NCBI GenBank assembly: GCA_963719515.1
Contig: CAVRCJ010000004.1
Span: 64,001-128,000 of the forward strand
DNA from: an uncultured cyanobacterium
GTDB taxonomy: Bacteria; Cyanobacteriota; Cyanobacteriia; CAKZMO01
Length of the DNA stretch: 64,000 bases
Direction of reading: 5' to 3'
The notes beneath the pieces were generated by a model, which was not told where the DNA came from, made no database searches, and saw nothing but the letters and a program-made list of their open reading frames with translations. How positions within the stretch are numbered: position 1 is the stretch's first letter; every line of letters starts with the position of its first letter. The position numbers and the translations under genes were made by a program. This document shows positions 43,800 to 54,253 of the stretch, one piece after another.

Positions 43800-44960
43800 C
43801 TATTTGACCGGGGAGGCCAGCGATCGCAGCGAGGAGACCCCCATCGCCTGGTGGTAGAGGCCTTCAAGCTGGCGCGTTTGCCGGTGCAAATCGAAGCTTT
43901 GGGTGACCCAAGCTTGCCCCCGGCGGCTGAATCGTCGCCACAGAACTGAGTCCGTCAGCAGCTGGAGAATGTATTGACCGAGGGTCTCCCAATCTCCCTC
44001 CGGAGCAAGAAAGCCCGTCTCACCGTGCATCACCGCCTCTGGAATGCCGCCGCTGGCAAAGCTGACTACGGGAAGCCCCATGGCCTGGGCTTCAACAAAA
44101 ACGATGCCAAAGGCCTCGGCATCCCCCGAGGGCGCAATGACGCTAGGGACGCTAAACACCTGCGCCCGGTTCATCCAGGCTTTGACCTGCTCGGGAGACT
44201 GGCGGCCCAAGAAGCGATAGCGCTTTAGGGTTGCCTTGGCCTGCTCTTCTAGGGAAGAGCGCAGCGTCCCATCGCCAATTACCACCAGCTCAACATCGGG
44301 GCGCACCTGCTGGACCTGGGCCATTGCCTTGATGAGGCGATCGCAGCCTTTCTTCTCCACAAGCCTGCCCGTAAACAGCACCACCGGCTCTCGGGAAACG
44401 GTGCTGTCTGGGCAGAAGCGGGCGGTGTCGACGCCGATGTAGTGCACCTTCACCTTCTCGGGGGGAAACCCTTGATTGAGCATGGTGCGCTGAATAAAGT
44501 GGGACACCGCAATGAAGCAGGTGGCTTTTTTTTGAAGCCGACTGCGGTGGCGTAGATAGGTGCGGTGGCTGGAGGTGGACTGGCGAATGGCCTGTTCCGT
44601 CAGGGTGACGTCGTAGCCGTGCATCGTCACCAGCAGCGGAATATTCAGTCCCTGAGCGAGGGGTAAGGCTCTTAGCCCGTCTGGCCCGAAGTGGGCGTGG
44701 ACCAGGCTGGGCTGCAGCTTCTGGGCGCGCTCGAAGAAATCGGGGGCAAAGCCCTGGAGCTTATAGGAAAGCTTCCACAATTTGCCCAACCGACCGGCGT
44801 CGACAACTAGGGTCCGCTCTGCCGGCAGCGGTAGCCCCTCAACCCGCTGTATCCCCGCGTAGTGGGGCACAAACTCCTGCAGCGCTTCCGCCTGCGATCG
44901 CACAAAGGTGGCTGAATAGGCCAGCAGGTCATCGCAATAGATCAAGGCTGATTTAGCCAT
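43800..44960 (-). CDS. Glycosyltransferase family 4
   Basis: HAHFG, GRLVEKKG, EAFGIVFVEAQAMGLPVV. Start placed at MAKS. Confidence 0.92.
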   Translation of the reverse strand: MAKSALIYCDDLLAYSATFVRSQAEALQEFVPHYAGIQRVEGLPLPAERTLVVDAGRLGKLWKLSYKLQGFAPDFFERAQKLQPSLVHAHFGPDGLRALPLAQGLNIPLLVTMHGYDVTLTEQAIRQSTSSHRTYLRHRSRLQKKATCFIAVSHFIQRTMLNQGFPPEKVKVHYIGVDTARFCPDSTVSREPVVLFTGRLVEKKGCDRLIKAMAQVQQVRPDVELVVIGDGTLRSSLEEQAKATLKRYRFLGRQSPEQVKAWMNRAQVFSVPSVIAPSGDAEAFGIVFVEAQAMGLPVVSFASGGIPEAVMHGETGFLAPEGDWETLGQYILQLLTDSVLWRRFSRRGQAWVTQSFDLHRQTRQLEGLYHQAMGVSSLRSLASPVK

Positions 44961-44989
44961 GGCTTCAGTTCTATACCTTTTCAAAACCG

Positions 44990-46231
44990 TTATCTAGACG
45001 TAAGCACCCATGGCTCCGCCTGAACCGGCGGCGGGTCTGCAGGCTCGTCTCGCTCTTGAGGCGCGTGCCGCGTGCAGACCGTCGTGACGTAAAAAATCCA
45101 AAAGAAAGTATTTTGCAGCAGCCAGACGCTTTCCGTCAGGTTGTAGAGCAGCATAAACGTTAGGTAGGCCAGGGGCAGCAAATACTCAGAGGTCTGGGTG
45201 ACGCTCACCCGCCGGATGGCCCGGTAGAACGCAAACGCCAGCCCCAGCCCAAATACAATCATGCCCAGCAGCCCCACGTCGAGCCAAAGGTCCAGGTAGC
45301 CGTTGTGGGAATGCCTAGGGAACCAAGGCTCTAGAAACCAAACGTCTGCAGACGGCCCCGACCAGCCGCGCCAAAATCCGCCGTAGCCATAGCCCCACCA
45401 CAGCCGCTCTTGAATCTTCGTCAAGGCGATGCTCCACAGGTCCGTTCGCCCTGAGAAGGTGAGATCCTTGCCGGCGGCCCCCACCACGGACTCAATCTGG
45501 GCCAAAATACCGATAAACACGCCGCTGCCCAGCAGCAGGGTGACGCTGAGCACCGGCACCGCCAGCTTGTAGTAAAGCCGCACGATGCGGTAGACCGGCA
45601 TGAAGGCCAGCAGCAGCACAAACAGCGCCAGAGCCGTTTTCGAGTTAGACAACACCAGCAGCGCCACCGACAGCCCCAGCCCCGCCCAATGAACCCAGGC
45701 CCACCGCTGCCCCTGCTGCGCGTTCAACAAAAACACCATGCCGCTCAGCACCATCACCCGGCCCAAGAGGTTTTTGTGGTGATAAATTCCTTGCCAAGAC
45801 TGCCCCCCCTGCAGGCCATAGCTGGGCAACCCCAGGGCAAACACAAAGCTCAGGGCCACCGCAATCCCCATCACCCAGGCCAGCAGCTGCAGCTGCTGTT
45901 TGAGGGAGTAACGCTCCGCCAGGTAGACGCCAAACAGCGTCGTTCCCGTGAGGGCGATCGCCTTTTGCACCGTTTCTCCAGGGGCCGTCGACCAAACCAC
46001 CGACGCCGCGATAAACCCCATGTAGAGCCACAGCAGCTTGGCCCGCACAATCACGGGCAGCGCCGTCCGCCACTGCAGCGCCAAAAGCAGGGTCGTCATG
46101 GCGTATACCCCCAGCCAAAACACCTGACGCAGGGCATGGGGAATCAGCAGAATGAATGACTCGGTGGACAGCAGCAGGGTCAGCACCGCAAATCCCGGTT
46201 CGATACGACGAAAAGAAATGGTAAAAGGCAT
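44990..46231 (-). CDS. O-antigen ligase/Wzy-family polysaccharide polymerase (ExoQ-like)
   Basis: Multi-pass membrane protein with WQGIYHHKN, SNSKT, FSGRTDLW, HSHNGYLD. Confidence 0.88.
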   Translation of the reverse strand: MPFTISFRRIEPGFAVLTLLLSTESFILLIPHALRQVFWLGVYAMTTLLLALQWRTALPVIVRAKLLWLYMGFIAASVVWSTAPGETVQKAIALTGTTLFGVYLAERYSLKQQLQLLAWVMGIAVALSFVFALGLPSYGLQGGQSWQGIYHHKNLLGRVMVLSGMVFLLNAQQGQRWAWVHWAGLGLSVALLVLSNSKTALALFVLLLAFMPVYRIVRLYYKLAVPVLSVTLLLGSGVFIGILAQIESVVGAAGKDLTFSGRTDLWSIALTKIQERLWWGYGYGGFWRGWSGPSADVWFLEPWFPRHSHNGYLDLWLDVGLLGMIVFGLGLAFAFYRAIRRVSVTQTSEYLLPLAYLTFMLLYNLTESVWLLQNTFFWIFYVTTVCTRHAPQERDEPADPPPVQAEPWVLTSR

Positions 46232-46323
46232 GAGCGGTATGTATAAGACCGTTGTAGGGGCTTGGCGGTGCCAAGCCCACCCACAGGTTCAATCGGAGAC
46301 GAGATTGGACGACAAAAGAACCG

Positions 46324-47235
46324 TTAGCGCGGCACCAAATAGCGGTACACCGCCCGAGAATTGAGCTTGAACCGGTCTAGCCAGGACAGCGATCGCAAAT
46401 AGCTCGCCACAAAATCCCGCTGATCCGCCTCAATGCCCCCCGCCCGCCAGGATGCGCTCATGCCGCGAGCCAGCAGCCCGTGGGTAAAGCGCTCCAGGTT
46501 GGGAAACTTTTGACGAATCCAGTAGGCCGCCAAAATCAGGATGCGGGCCTGCATCAGCTGATTTTTGGGTTGCCAGGTGTAGGCGTTGTTGCCGTGAATG
46601 GTTTGGTTAGCTAGGTTTTGCTCCAAGAACACCCCTGGCGTTAGGGCCACGGTCGTAAACTTTAGGTAGTGATCACCGATGGAAATATGCTTTCCCTCCG
46701 GCATGGGCAGCACCTGCGCTAGCAGCGATCGCCTGAAGCAAAGGCCGGAGGTAGCGGGGGGGTCGAAGGAGACGGTCCCTTTGCTGCGAATGTAGCCCGT
46801 CATGTCGTAAATCTGCTCTAGGGCGTCGCCTTTGGGAAACGGCTCAAACAGGGTTTTGTGGGCGTCGCTAATGAGCTTTAGGGTGTGGAAGCACCAGCCG
46901 CTTTGGGGGTGTCGCTTGAAAACATCCATGACCGTTTCCACCTTTTGAGGCATGAACACGTCGTCCGCGTCGAGCAGGAAGATCACCTCGCCCTTGGCGG
47001 CGGCAAAGCCGGCGTTAAACGTAGAGGCCTGTCCTCCGTTTTCTTTAAAAACAGGCCGGACGCTGTCGCCATAGCCGCTAATGACGTCGCGGGAACCGTC
47101 AGTGGAGCCATCGTCCACCACAATTACTTCCGTATGAGGGTAGGTCTGATAAATGGCGCTGTCGATGGCCTGTTCGAGAAAGTCGGCGTAGTTGTAGTTG
47201 TTGATAATGATGCTGGCGAGCATGGGTTCTGACAT
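46324..47235 (-). CDS. Glycosyltransferase family 2
   Basis: SIIINNYNY, VDDGSTD, NGGQAS, LDADD. Confidence 0.92.
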   Translation of the reverse strand: MSEPMLASIIINNYNYADFLEQAIDSAIYQTYPHTEVIVVDDGSTDGSRDVISGYGDSVRPVFKENGGQASTFNAGFAAAKGEVIFLLDADDVFMPQKVETVMDVFKRHPQSGWCFHTLKLISDAHKTLFEPFPKGDALEQIYDMTGYIRSKGTVSFDPPATSGLCFRRSLLAQVLPMPEGKHISIGDHYLKFTTVALTPGVFLEQNLANQTIHGNNAYTWQPKNQLMQARILILAAYWIRQKFPNLERFTHGLLARGMSASWRAGGIEADQRDFVASYLRSLSWLDRFKLNSRAVYRYLVPR

Positions 47236-47383
47236 GTCTGCCTCTTTGTAGAAAAGTTGTAGTAAGAATGGATGGAACTATTGGCGTCGCAGCGGTAGTG
47301 AAATGAAGGCAGCGCTGGATTTTGGGCTTATGATTTTGGACTGATTCAGTGCCGCTTCACGCCGTGATTTCAAGGTCAAAGCG

Positions 47384-48299
47384 CTAGGCCCGCTTAGAGC
47401 TGCCCCCCATCACCAGACGGAGGCGCTCCCAGCTGCGCACATAGCGCACAAACAGCATCGCCGCCGTAAACTGCAGGCGCTGCCAGTGGGTCTTAAGGTG
47501 GTCGTAGGACCAAATGTAGAAGTACATCCGCACGGGGGGCAGGACGTCTTTAATAGAGTCTCGAAGAATCCGCAGCAGCAGTGGAACAGGGGCCACACCG
47601 CGCGATCGCACTAAGTCTAGGTGACCGCCCGTGACGCGGGCCACCTTCACCCGCAGCTGCCGCCAGGTGTGGCGCGCGGGGTGAGCCACAAGGGCCTCCT
47701 CGGCGTAAACCTGCCCGTAGCCTGCGGCAAATACCCGCTGCCCCCACTCGCGATCGCCGCTGGACTTGAGGCTGTCGTCAAAGGGACCCTACCGCTTCAA
47801 CAATGGCTTTGGAGGTAAACAGGTTGGCCGTGGCCCCGTAGTGGGACTCCGCCACAAACTCGGCCTGGGGAAAGCCGATTTTGATGCTGTCGTACAGCTC
47901 CACCGCTGTGGGCTGTGACGGGTTTTGAAAAAACAGCTCGATTTGTCCCGCCACTAGGCCACAGTTGTCGGCGGCCAAAAAGCGCGCTGCGCCCAGCGCA
48001 ATCCACTGCCGGTCGGGAATGCAGTCGGCGTCGGTGAACGCCAGGATATCTCCTTTGGCTTTGGCGATGCCGGCGTTGCGGGCCGCGTAAGACCCTGGGC
48101 GACGCTCCCTCAGCAAGACGACTTGCTTGTAGGGATCCACCACGGGCTGCAGGTCATCATCTGAGCCGTTGTCCACCACAACCACCTCGTAGCGATCGCG
48201 GGGGTAGCTTTGGCGCTCTAGGGCCTGTAGGCAGAGCCGCAGGCGCTCGGCGTCATTAAAAACGGGAATGATGACGGAGACAAAGGGAGATGAAGTCAT
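47384..48299 (-). pseudogene. Glycosyltransferase family 2 split by a +1 frameshift (pseudogene or sequencing error)
   Basis: The frame breaks at AVG (about 47787-47789). Removing one base restores AVGPFDDSLKSSGDREWGQRV, matching the paralog at 48400-49299. Confidence 0.8.
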
Positions 48300-48399
48300 C
48301 GGTACGGTGTGGGTAATGGAAATTAGAATGTCGAGGCTAGGCGCTGTGTGGTTTGGACTCTTCCCCTTTAAAGGGAAGCTTTTAGGGACGCGTCAGGGC

Positions 48400-49299
48400 C
48401 TAGCCTCGGGTCGAGATGCCGCCCAGCCGCAGCCGCAGCCGCTCGCGGGCGCTCAGGTGCTTCACCGACAGCATTACTAGATTGATCTGCAGCTTTTGGG
48501 CCGCGCTCAAGCGCCCGTGGGTCCAGATGCGGCGGCAGTCTTCGCTAGAGAGTATCAGGTCTCTCGACAAGTCCCTCAAGAACTCCTTCCAGCGGTAGCC
48601 CCGCCGGGTTTTGAAATCGTAGTGGCCCCCGGTGATGCGAATTGTGCGCTTGAACAGCTCGGCAAACGACCGACGGGCCGGGTGAGCGACGCGGGTGCTC
48701 TCCCCATAGACCTGCTGGTAGCCCGCCTTGTAGACCCGCTGTCCCCACTCGCGATCGCCGTTGGACTTGAGGCTGTCGTTGAATCCTCCCACCCGGCCTA
48801 AAACGGCGCGAAAGGTGAAAACGTTGGCCGTTGCCCCATACCGCAGCTTCTCGATGAACTTCTTTTGGTGGAAGGCCGTGACGCTGTCGTAGAGTTCTAC
48901 TAGGGTGGGCTGCTTGGGGTTTTCAAAGGAAAGCTCAATTTTTCCCGCGACCAGTCCGCAGTTTGAGGTGGCCAGCAGGGTGGCTACCCCCGTCTCCAGC
49001 CAGTCGGAGGCCGGAAGACAGTCGGCGTCCGTAAAGGCCACCACCTCGCCTTTGGCGAGCTTGATGCCGTGATTGCGGGCGGCGTAAGAGCCGGTTTTCT
49101 TTTCGTAGGTGAGAGTAACTAGGGGGAAGGGATCGACAGCTGGGCGGGGGTCTTCTTTGGACCCGTTGTCGACCACAATAATCTCATAGCGATCGCGAGG
49201 GTAGGTCTGGTTGTGCAGCGCCGACAGGCAGGCGCTCAGGCGCTCTGAGTCGTTAAATACGGGAATAATAATAGAAACAAACGGATGGAAAGAACTCAT
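48400..49299 (-). CDS. Glycosyltransferase family 2
   Basis: SIIIPVFND, VDNGS, GSYAARN, FTDADC, GDREWG. Confidence 0.92.
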   Translation of the reverse strand: MSSFHPFVSIIIPVFNDSERLSACLSALHNQTYPRDRYEIIVVDNGSKEDPRPAVDPFPLVTLTYEKKTGSYAARNHGIKLAKGEVVAFTDADCLPASDWLETGVATLLATSNCGLVAGKIELSFENPKQPTLVELYDSVTAFHQKKFIEKLRYGATANVFTFRAVLGRVGGFNDSLKSNGDREWGQRVYKAGYQQVYGESTRVAHPARRSFAELFKRTIRITGGHYDFKTRRGYRWKEFLRDLSRDLILSSEDCRRIWTHGRLSAAQKLQINLVMLSVKHLSARERLRLRLGGISTRG

Positions 49300-49442
49300 A
49301 GTTTTACGCGTCCCTTGAAACGGTATTACCGTTTAGCACGGTTAACAGGTGCAGAATGGAAGGGGCGGTAGTGCAGCCTTATAGGTCGATTGCGCCCGGT
49401 TTATACCGGGCTCGACCTCGCATATTAGATAAAAACTATTCT

Positions 49443-49678
49443 GGGAGCCGGGTCTCCCCGTCGGGGAGTATCTGTTTGGCATCTCGGAAGACCCCCTCTA
49501 ACTCCCCCTTGCTAAGGGGGAGAACTGCACCTTCCCCCTTTGTTTTGGCGCAGCCTGCCCGTTGGCGAAGCCTGACCGAAGGTCATAGGGCGTAGGGGGA
49601 TTGAGGGGGGTAAGACCGAGGCATCTCGCTGCTTCTCCAAAGCTGCTAAACACTTACATCGGGGGAAGCCCAGCTCCC
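49443..49678. repeat. Nested REP / MITE / short dispersed repeat cluster
   Basis: Outer hairpin halves GGGAGCCGGGTCTCCCCG and CGGGGGAAGCCCAGCTCCC, TGTTT(G/A)GC inverted ends, CCCCCTT..AAGGGGG units and nested TTGGCG.AGCCTG units. Confidence 0.7.
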
Positions 49679-49762
49679 AACCCAGACAAGGTTTAATTGA
49701 CCTTCGCTGGTTATGGTAGACCAGGCGCTAGGGGCCAAGGTTCCGGCTTCACCGTATCCTCA

Positions 49763-50827
49763 TCAAGGTTTGGCCGGTAATGCCACCTGCTGTGGGGGCC
49801 ACTGAAGGCCGTACTGACGGATCAACGCTGACGCAAACCGGGTTCGGGACTGGTGGAGGGTGAAGGTCCGCTTGGGGGTTAGCTTGGCCTGTAGATGGTT
49901 GAGATAGATGGTGGGGCTGTGGAGCACCAGGCGCGCCAGCCGCCACGCACTCTCCAGCCTGCGGCGATCGCGGCGGCTTTGCTTGTACTGCCGCAGCAGG
50001 TACTCATAGCTGAGGTGGGCCAGCAGCGCCTTGCCCTGGGCGGTTTCGAGAGCTTTTGGCTTCAGCGTCTGCAGACGTTCTACATTAGCCGCCGCGATCT
50101 TGAGCCCCCGCTCTGCTTTCTCCACCGTGCGGGTGGGCTGGGTGGCCTGCCCGTCGTAGATGCGCCAGGTGGCCAGCAGCTGGGGTAAGTAGAGCACGTC
50201 CGTCGCGAGGGCCGCTCGCATGGTCCAGTCGTAGTCGCCGGAAGAGCCGTAGTCGCTGCTAAAGCCCTGCAGGGTTTCTAGGAGGCGGGTGCGAAACACG
50301 AGCGAGGTAATAGTGACGTAGGGGGCTCGGTAGGCAAAGTGGAGCACAAACTCGCATAGCCCCGAGCGGCGGTGAGGGGACCGGTTGACCTCGGCGTAGA
50401 GGGGGAACTGGTGCTCAATGATGTCTTGGTAGGGGCGCGTGATGTGGCCCTGCTCGTCGATGTAGGCAAACTGAACGTGGCACATGTCCACATCCGGGTG
50501 GGCATCAAGGGCGCGGGTGGTCTCTGAAACTAACGCGGGGTAGCAGGTGTCGTCGCTGGTGAGAATGTAGAAGTATTCCGTGTCGACATGGGCCAGACAC
50601 TCGTTCCAGTCTTGATACATGCCCTGCTGGCGGCCCTGCAGCAGGAGAAAGCGCGGATCGCCTTTGAACTGCTGCATATATTCCCAGCTGCCGTCGGTGG
50701 AATAGCCGTCGACAAACACGCATCGCCAGTCGGGGCAGTCCTGCTGGAGGATGCTGTCGATGCAGGCCGGCAGATACTTAATTTTGTTGAGGTTAGGGAC
50801 GCAAAAGGTAAATCGAGGCCGGGTCAT
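49763..50827 (-). CDS. Glycosyltransferase family 2
   Basis: FCVPNLN, VDGYSTDGS, LTSDD, GDYDW. Start at MTRPR overlaps the upstream stop (ATGA). Confidence 0.9.
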   Translation of the reverse strand: MTRPRFTFCVPNLNKIKYLPACIDSILQQDCPDWRCVFVDGYSTDGSWEYMQQFKGDPRFLLLQGRQQGMYQDWNECLAHVDTEYFYILTSDDTCYPALVSETTRALDAHPDVDMCHVQFAYIDEQGHITRPYQDIIEHQFPLYAEVNRSPHRRSGLCEFVLHFAYRAPYVTITSLVFRTRLLETLQGFSSDYGSSGDYDWTMRAALATDVLYLPQLLATWRIYDGQATQPTRTVEKAERGLKIAAANVERLQTLKPKALETAQGKALLAHLSYEYLLRQYKQSRRDRRRLESAWRLARLVLHSPTIYLNHLQAKLTPKRTFTLHQSRTRFASALIRQYGLQWPPQQVALPAKP

Positions 50828-51873
50828 GGTGTAGTCCAGGTCGTAAGGGTGTATTTCTGTAATAGACGCACCAGCGCCCCCCCGGCCCCCCGCCGCTGAA
50901 AGGCGCGAATCACGTTGACGACGGCCTGCTCGTACTCCCAGCTGCGGCGGGTTTCCCGCGTCTTCAGCAGCCACGACAGGGGAATGGTGCCCATTTGCTG
51001 TAGCTTGGGGGGGCGGAACTCGTCAACGGTGCGCTGCAGGCCGTCAAAGTCGTAGCCCATTTGGGCCAGAGTATCCGGCCCCAGCAGGGTCAAGTAGTCT
51101 TGAATCACCCGCCAATATTGGGGGTCAGACAGGTTCTGCGTCCATTTATCTAGGTTTTGCTGACTGGGGGTTCCCTGACGAAAGACGCTGCCCTGGTCTT
51201 TGTAGCCGTATCCAGACTGGGGAGCTGACTGGGTCTGATACTGCAGCAGGTCTGGGGAGAAAGGAAGACTGAGGGCAGCGCAGAGCGACTCGACGGTCTC
51301 GGCGGGCGAGGTGGTGAGCTGCTCGTAGGTGACCACCTGGGCGCGATCGCCCAAGGACTCAATCCCCTCTATCAAGTAGCGCGGCGCGGCCACCAAGTCC
51401 TGCTCGTAGCGGTGCAGCCGAAACCAGTTGTCTCGCTTCCAGGCGTTGGCGATGGAGCAGGCCACGGCCAAGGGATTGCGCAGCAGAATGACAAATTTCG
51501 CTTGGGGAAAGATGCGCTGCAGCTCGGGAATGATTAGGTAGTAGCGGGGGGTTTTGTCGAGGAAGCAGGCCTTATCGGTGGAGGCAAGGGCGGCGTTGTA
51601 GAGGTGGGTATACAGCTGGCGCAGCCCCGCTATGTAGGCGTCCTCAGGTAGCCCCTGCAGGAACTCCCCCACCGCCTGCCGCTCGGCGGAAACGGTGTAG
51701 TTGGCGCTATATCCCGTATCCTTGAGGCCGTAGGCTCCCTGCAGCATCACCCATGGCTCGGCCAGGGTGTGGACGGCGGCGTGGCTGCCCAGGATGCGCT
51801 GCAGCAGCGTAGACCCCGCACGGGGCTGAGAAATTAGAAAAATTAGGTTTTCGCCCGTGGGGCCAATGCTCAT
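50824..51873 (-). CDS. PAPS-dependent sulfotransferase
   Basis: 5'-PSB loop QPRAGSTLLQRIL, LDKTPRY, 3'-PB motif LLRNPLAVACS, YEQL. Confidence 0.9.
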   Translation of the reverse strand: MSIGPTGENLIFLISQPRAGSTLLQRILGSHAAVHTLAEPWVMLQGAYGLKDTGYSANYTVSAERQAVGEFLQGLPEDAYIAGLRQLYTHLYNAALASTDKACFLDKTPRYYLIIPELQRIFPQAKFVILLRNPLAVACSIANAWKRDNWFRLHRYEQDLVAAPRYLIEGIESLGDRAQVVTYEQLTTSPAETVESLCAALSLPFSPDLLQYQTQSAPQSGYGYKDQGSVFRQGTPSQQNLDKWTQNLSDPQYWRVIQDYLTLLGPDTLAQMGYDFDGLQRTVDEFRPPKLQQMGTIPLSWLLKTRETRRSWEYEQAVVNVIRAFQRRGAGGALVRLLQKYTLTTWTTP

Positions 51874-51903
51874 ACCGATACCTACAATAGAGTTGACGCT
51901 GCG

Positions 51904-52848
51904 CTACGCCCTGCGCAGCAAAATAGACCGATGGGTTTCGCCGGCGATCGCTCCCCTAGCGATTTTGAACAGCTCTTTGAGAGGGACGCGGCGACCGGTC
52001 AGCGCCTGCCCCAGCAGCGCCAGCATGCGCCCCACGTCGCGGCGCTCCATGGCGTCGAAGAATCGCCACCGAAACAGCCTTGTGGTCCAGGCCTGACGAA
52101 TGCGATCGCCCTCGGTCAGGGGAATCTGCTCCAGCAAAGGCTCAAGCTTGCTGTAGATCAAGGTCAAATCCTTGAGGTGGGCGGCGGCGTTTAGGGCAGT
52201 GGAGTCGCTGTTTTGATGGACGCGGTAGTCCACCAGCGGCGTGGGAATGTAGACCAGTCTGCCGTGGGCCGCCAGCCGCACCGACAGGTCGAAGCCGTCG
52301 TATCGGGGCAGGCGCTCGTCTAGTAGGCCAATGTCCTGCAGGGCGGCGCGGCTGATGACCAAGCTGCGCAGCAGCCCAAACTTGCCTGCGGCGACGTAGG
52401 CGAAAATCGCCCCCGAGGGGTGGGGGACGCGATCGCGCAGGCTAATGAGCTGCCCCCCTGACCCGACGATGCGCACGTTGCTGTAGACGCCGACGGCCCC
52501 CGGATGGGACTGCAGCGCTTCAATGGCCGTTTCGACGCCGTTGGGCAATACCTTGTCATCCCCATCTAAGATCGCCACGTGGCTTCCCGCGGCCACCTTG
52601 AGGGCGGCGTTGCGGTTTTTAGGGATGCCTACGTTGTGGGGCTGAAGGACGACGCGGACCCGGTCGGGATAGCGGCGGGCGTAGTCTTGAATCACCTCCA
52701 CGGACCCGTCGGTGGAGCCGTCGTCGGCAACGATAATTTCGTAGGGGCTCACCGTCTGCTGCAGCAGGCTGTCTATGGCCTCAATCAGGTAGGCCTTGTG
52801 ATTAAAGGAGGTGACGACGACGCTAATGCGGTAATCGGAATGGTTCAT
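51904..52848 (-). CDS. Glycosyltransferase family 2
   Basis: SVVVTSFN, ADDGSTD, LDGDD, YRVH. Confidence 0.92.
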   Translation of the reverse strand: MNHSDYRISVVVTSFNHKAYLIEAIDSLLQQTVSPYEIIVADDGSTDGSVEVIQDYARRYPDRVRVVLQPHNVGIPKNRNAALKVAAGSHVAILDGDDKVLPNGVETAIEALQSHPGAVGVYSNVRIVGSGGQLISLRDRVPHPSGAIFAYVAAGKFGLLRSLVISRAALQDIGLLDERLPRYDGFDLSVRLAAHGRLVYIPTPLVDYRVHQNSDSTALNAAAHLKDLTLIYSKLEPLLEQIPLTEGDRIRQAWTTRLFRWRFFDAMERRDVGRMLALLGQALTGRRVPLKELFKIARGAIAGETHRSILLRRA

Positions 52849-52960
52849 GGTGACACTGGAACTAAACTTGTTTCGGTTACCCTATCGCTGACAGGGATTT
52901 TGGCTTGAATCCTTGCGTTTCGTAGGCGACGGGGCGCGCAAACGCCTCAGAGCAGCTGCG

Positions 52961-54064
52961 CTAACAGCTCACGGGCATGGTGCGGCTTTCGACAAACTTC
53001 AAAAACCGCTGCACCTGATACTGAGGCTCAAACTCAGCCCGCTGGCTGTTGGCGTAGGCCTGCCGGGACAGCCGCTCGTAGACCCCCTCGCTGTGGCGCA
53101 GCTGCTGCAGCGCCTCAACGTAGCCCTCGGCCTGGTCGGCGGGCTGAACCAGCAGGCCGCCCTCGCCCAGGGTGTAGGGAATGCCGCCGATATGGGCTGC
53201 CACCACGGGAATACTGTTGGCCTGGGCCTCGACGATGACGCGGCCAAAGGTCTCGGTAAACTGCGACGGCACGAGCAGGATGTCCGTCATCTGGTAGACC
53301 TTGCGCATGTCGCTCTGGTAGTCAATGATGTCGACGTTGGGCAGCTCGCGGGCGATTTCCAAAAACGCGTCGGGTCGGTTCTGGTAGCGGGTCCACTTAC
53401 CTTTGACGAACAGAAACTTTTCCTCAGGGAGTCGCCGGGCCACTTCAATCGCTTGGTCCACTCCTTTTTCAGGAACGGGATTCACGAAGGTGATGTAGCG
53501 GCGATCGCGCTGGGGCACCCGGTAGCGCTCGACATCGATGAAGGGCAGCACCACCCCAACGGGGTTGTGGGTAACCCGTTTGGCCTGGGAGGCGGTGAAG
53601 GGAGAATTGGCAATGGCGTGAATCTTGGCGGGAATGGTCTCGCCCGCCTCAATGCTGCTCAACTCTCGTACAAAGTAAAAGCTGGGGTATCCCCGGCTGG
53701 CGGCGTAGTTGAGCAGCGGGCAGTTGGGGCTGCTGTAGCCCACCACCACGTCGGGCTGGTACTTACTCAAGCGGCGCTCAAGCCACTCTTGCCAGTCATG
53801 CAGCTGGGTAAATTTTGACAGCCGTCGCCAGCAGGGATATCCCAAGTCCTTGTCTTGAAGCACCAAGCCGGGACGCTGCAGCCGCAGCAGCGACCGCAGC
53901 CAGCCTCGCCGGGTGAAGGGCGATCGCAGGGATAGCCCGCACATGACTTCTATCTCCCAGCCCAGACGCTGAAGACTTTCAAACAGGTAGAGCGAAGATT
54001 GCTGAGCACCTCCTGAGGTGTCTGGATAAAAGGGATGTTCTGTGACGAATAGCAGTTTTGGCAT
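52961..54064 (-). CDS. Glycosyltransferase family 4
   Basis: GGAQQS, NPVPEKG, ETFGRVIVEAQANSIPVV. Confidence 0.92.
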   Translation of the reverse strand: MPKLLFVTEHPFYPDTSGGAQQSSLYLFESLQRLGWEIEVMCGLSLRSPFTRRGWLRSLLRLQRPGLVLQDKDLGYPCWRRLSKFTQLHDWQEWLERRLSKYQPDVVVGYSSPNCPLLNYAASRGYPSFYFVRELSSIEAGETIPAKIHAIANSPFTASQAKRVTHNPVGVVLPFIDVERYRVPQRDRRYITFVNPVPEKGVDQAIEVARRLPEEKFLFVKGKWTRYQNRPDAFLEIARELPNVDIIDYQSDMRKVYQMTDILLVPSQFTETFGRVIVEAQANSIPVVAAHIGGIPYTLGEGGLLVQPADQAEGYVEALQQLRHSEGVYERLSRQAYANSQRAEFEPQYQVQRFLKFVESRTMPVSC

Positions 54065-54253
54065 GGTGTCCTCGACTGATGGGGATCGGGGGTCGCTGAT
54101 CTGCGTAAGTCTGCGGATGTTAGAGTTACTGACTAGACCCCGTTCGAATTGTTTCGCGCTTTTCTGTATCGAACTGTTAGGAATCTTTCACGCAAAGAGA
54201 CTGAAATCAGCTGCATAAACCATCAAATTCGTTGGTAGAAAAGCGCTACGGGA

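Noticed and set aside
52913..53818. Long plus-strand ORF (301 aa) and similar antisense ORFs throughout the window
   Set aside because: Shadow frames of well-supported genes in GC-rich DNA, with no family motifs.
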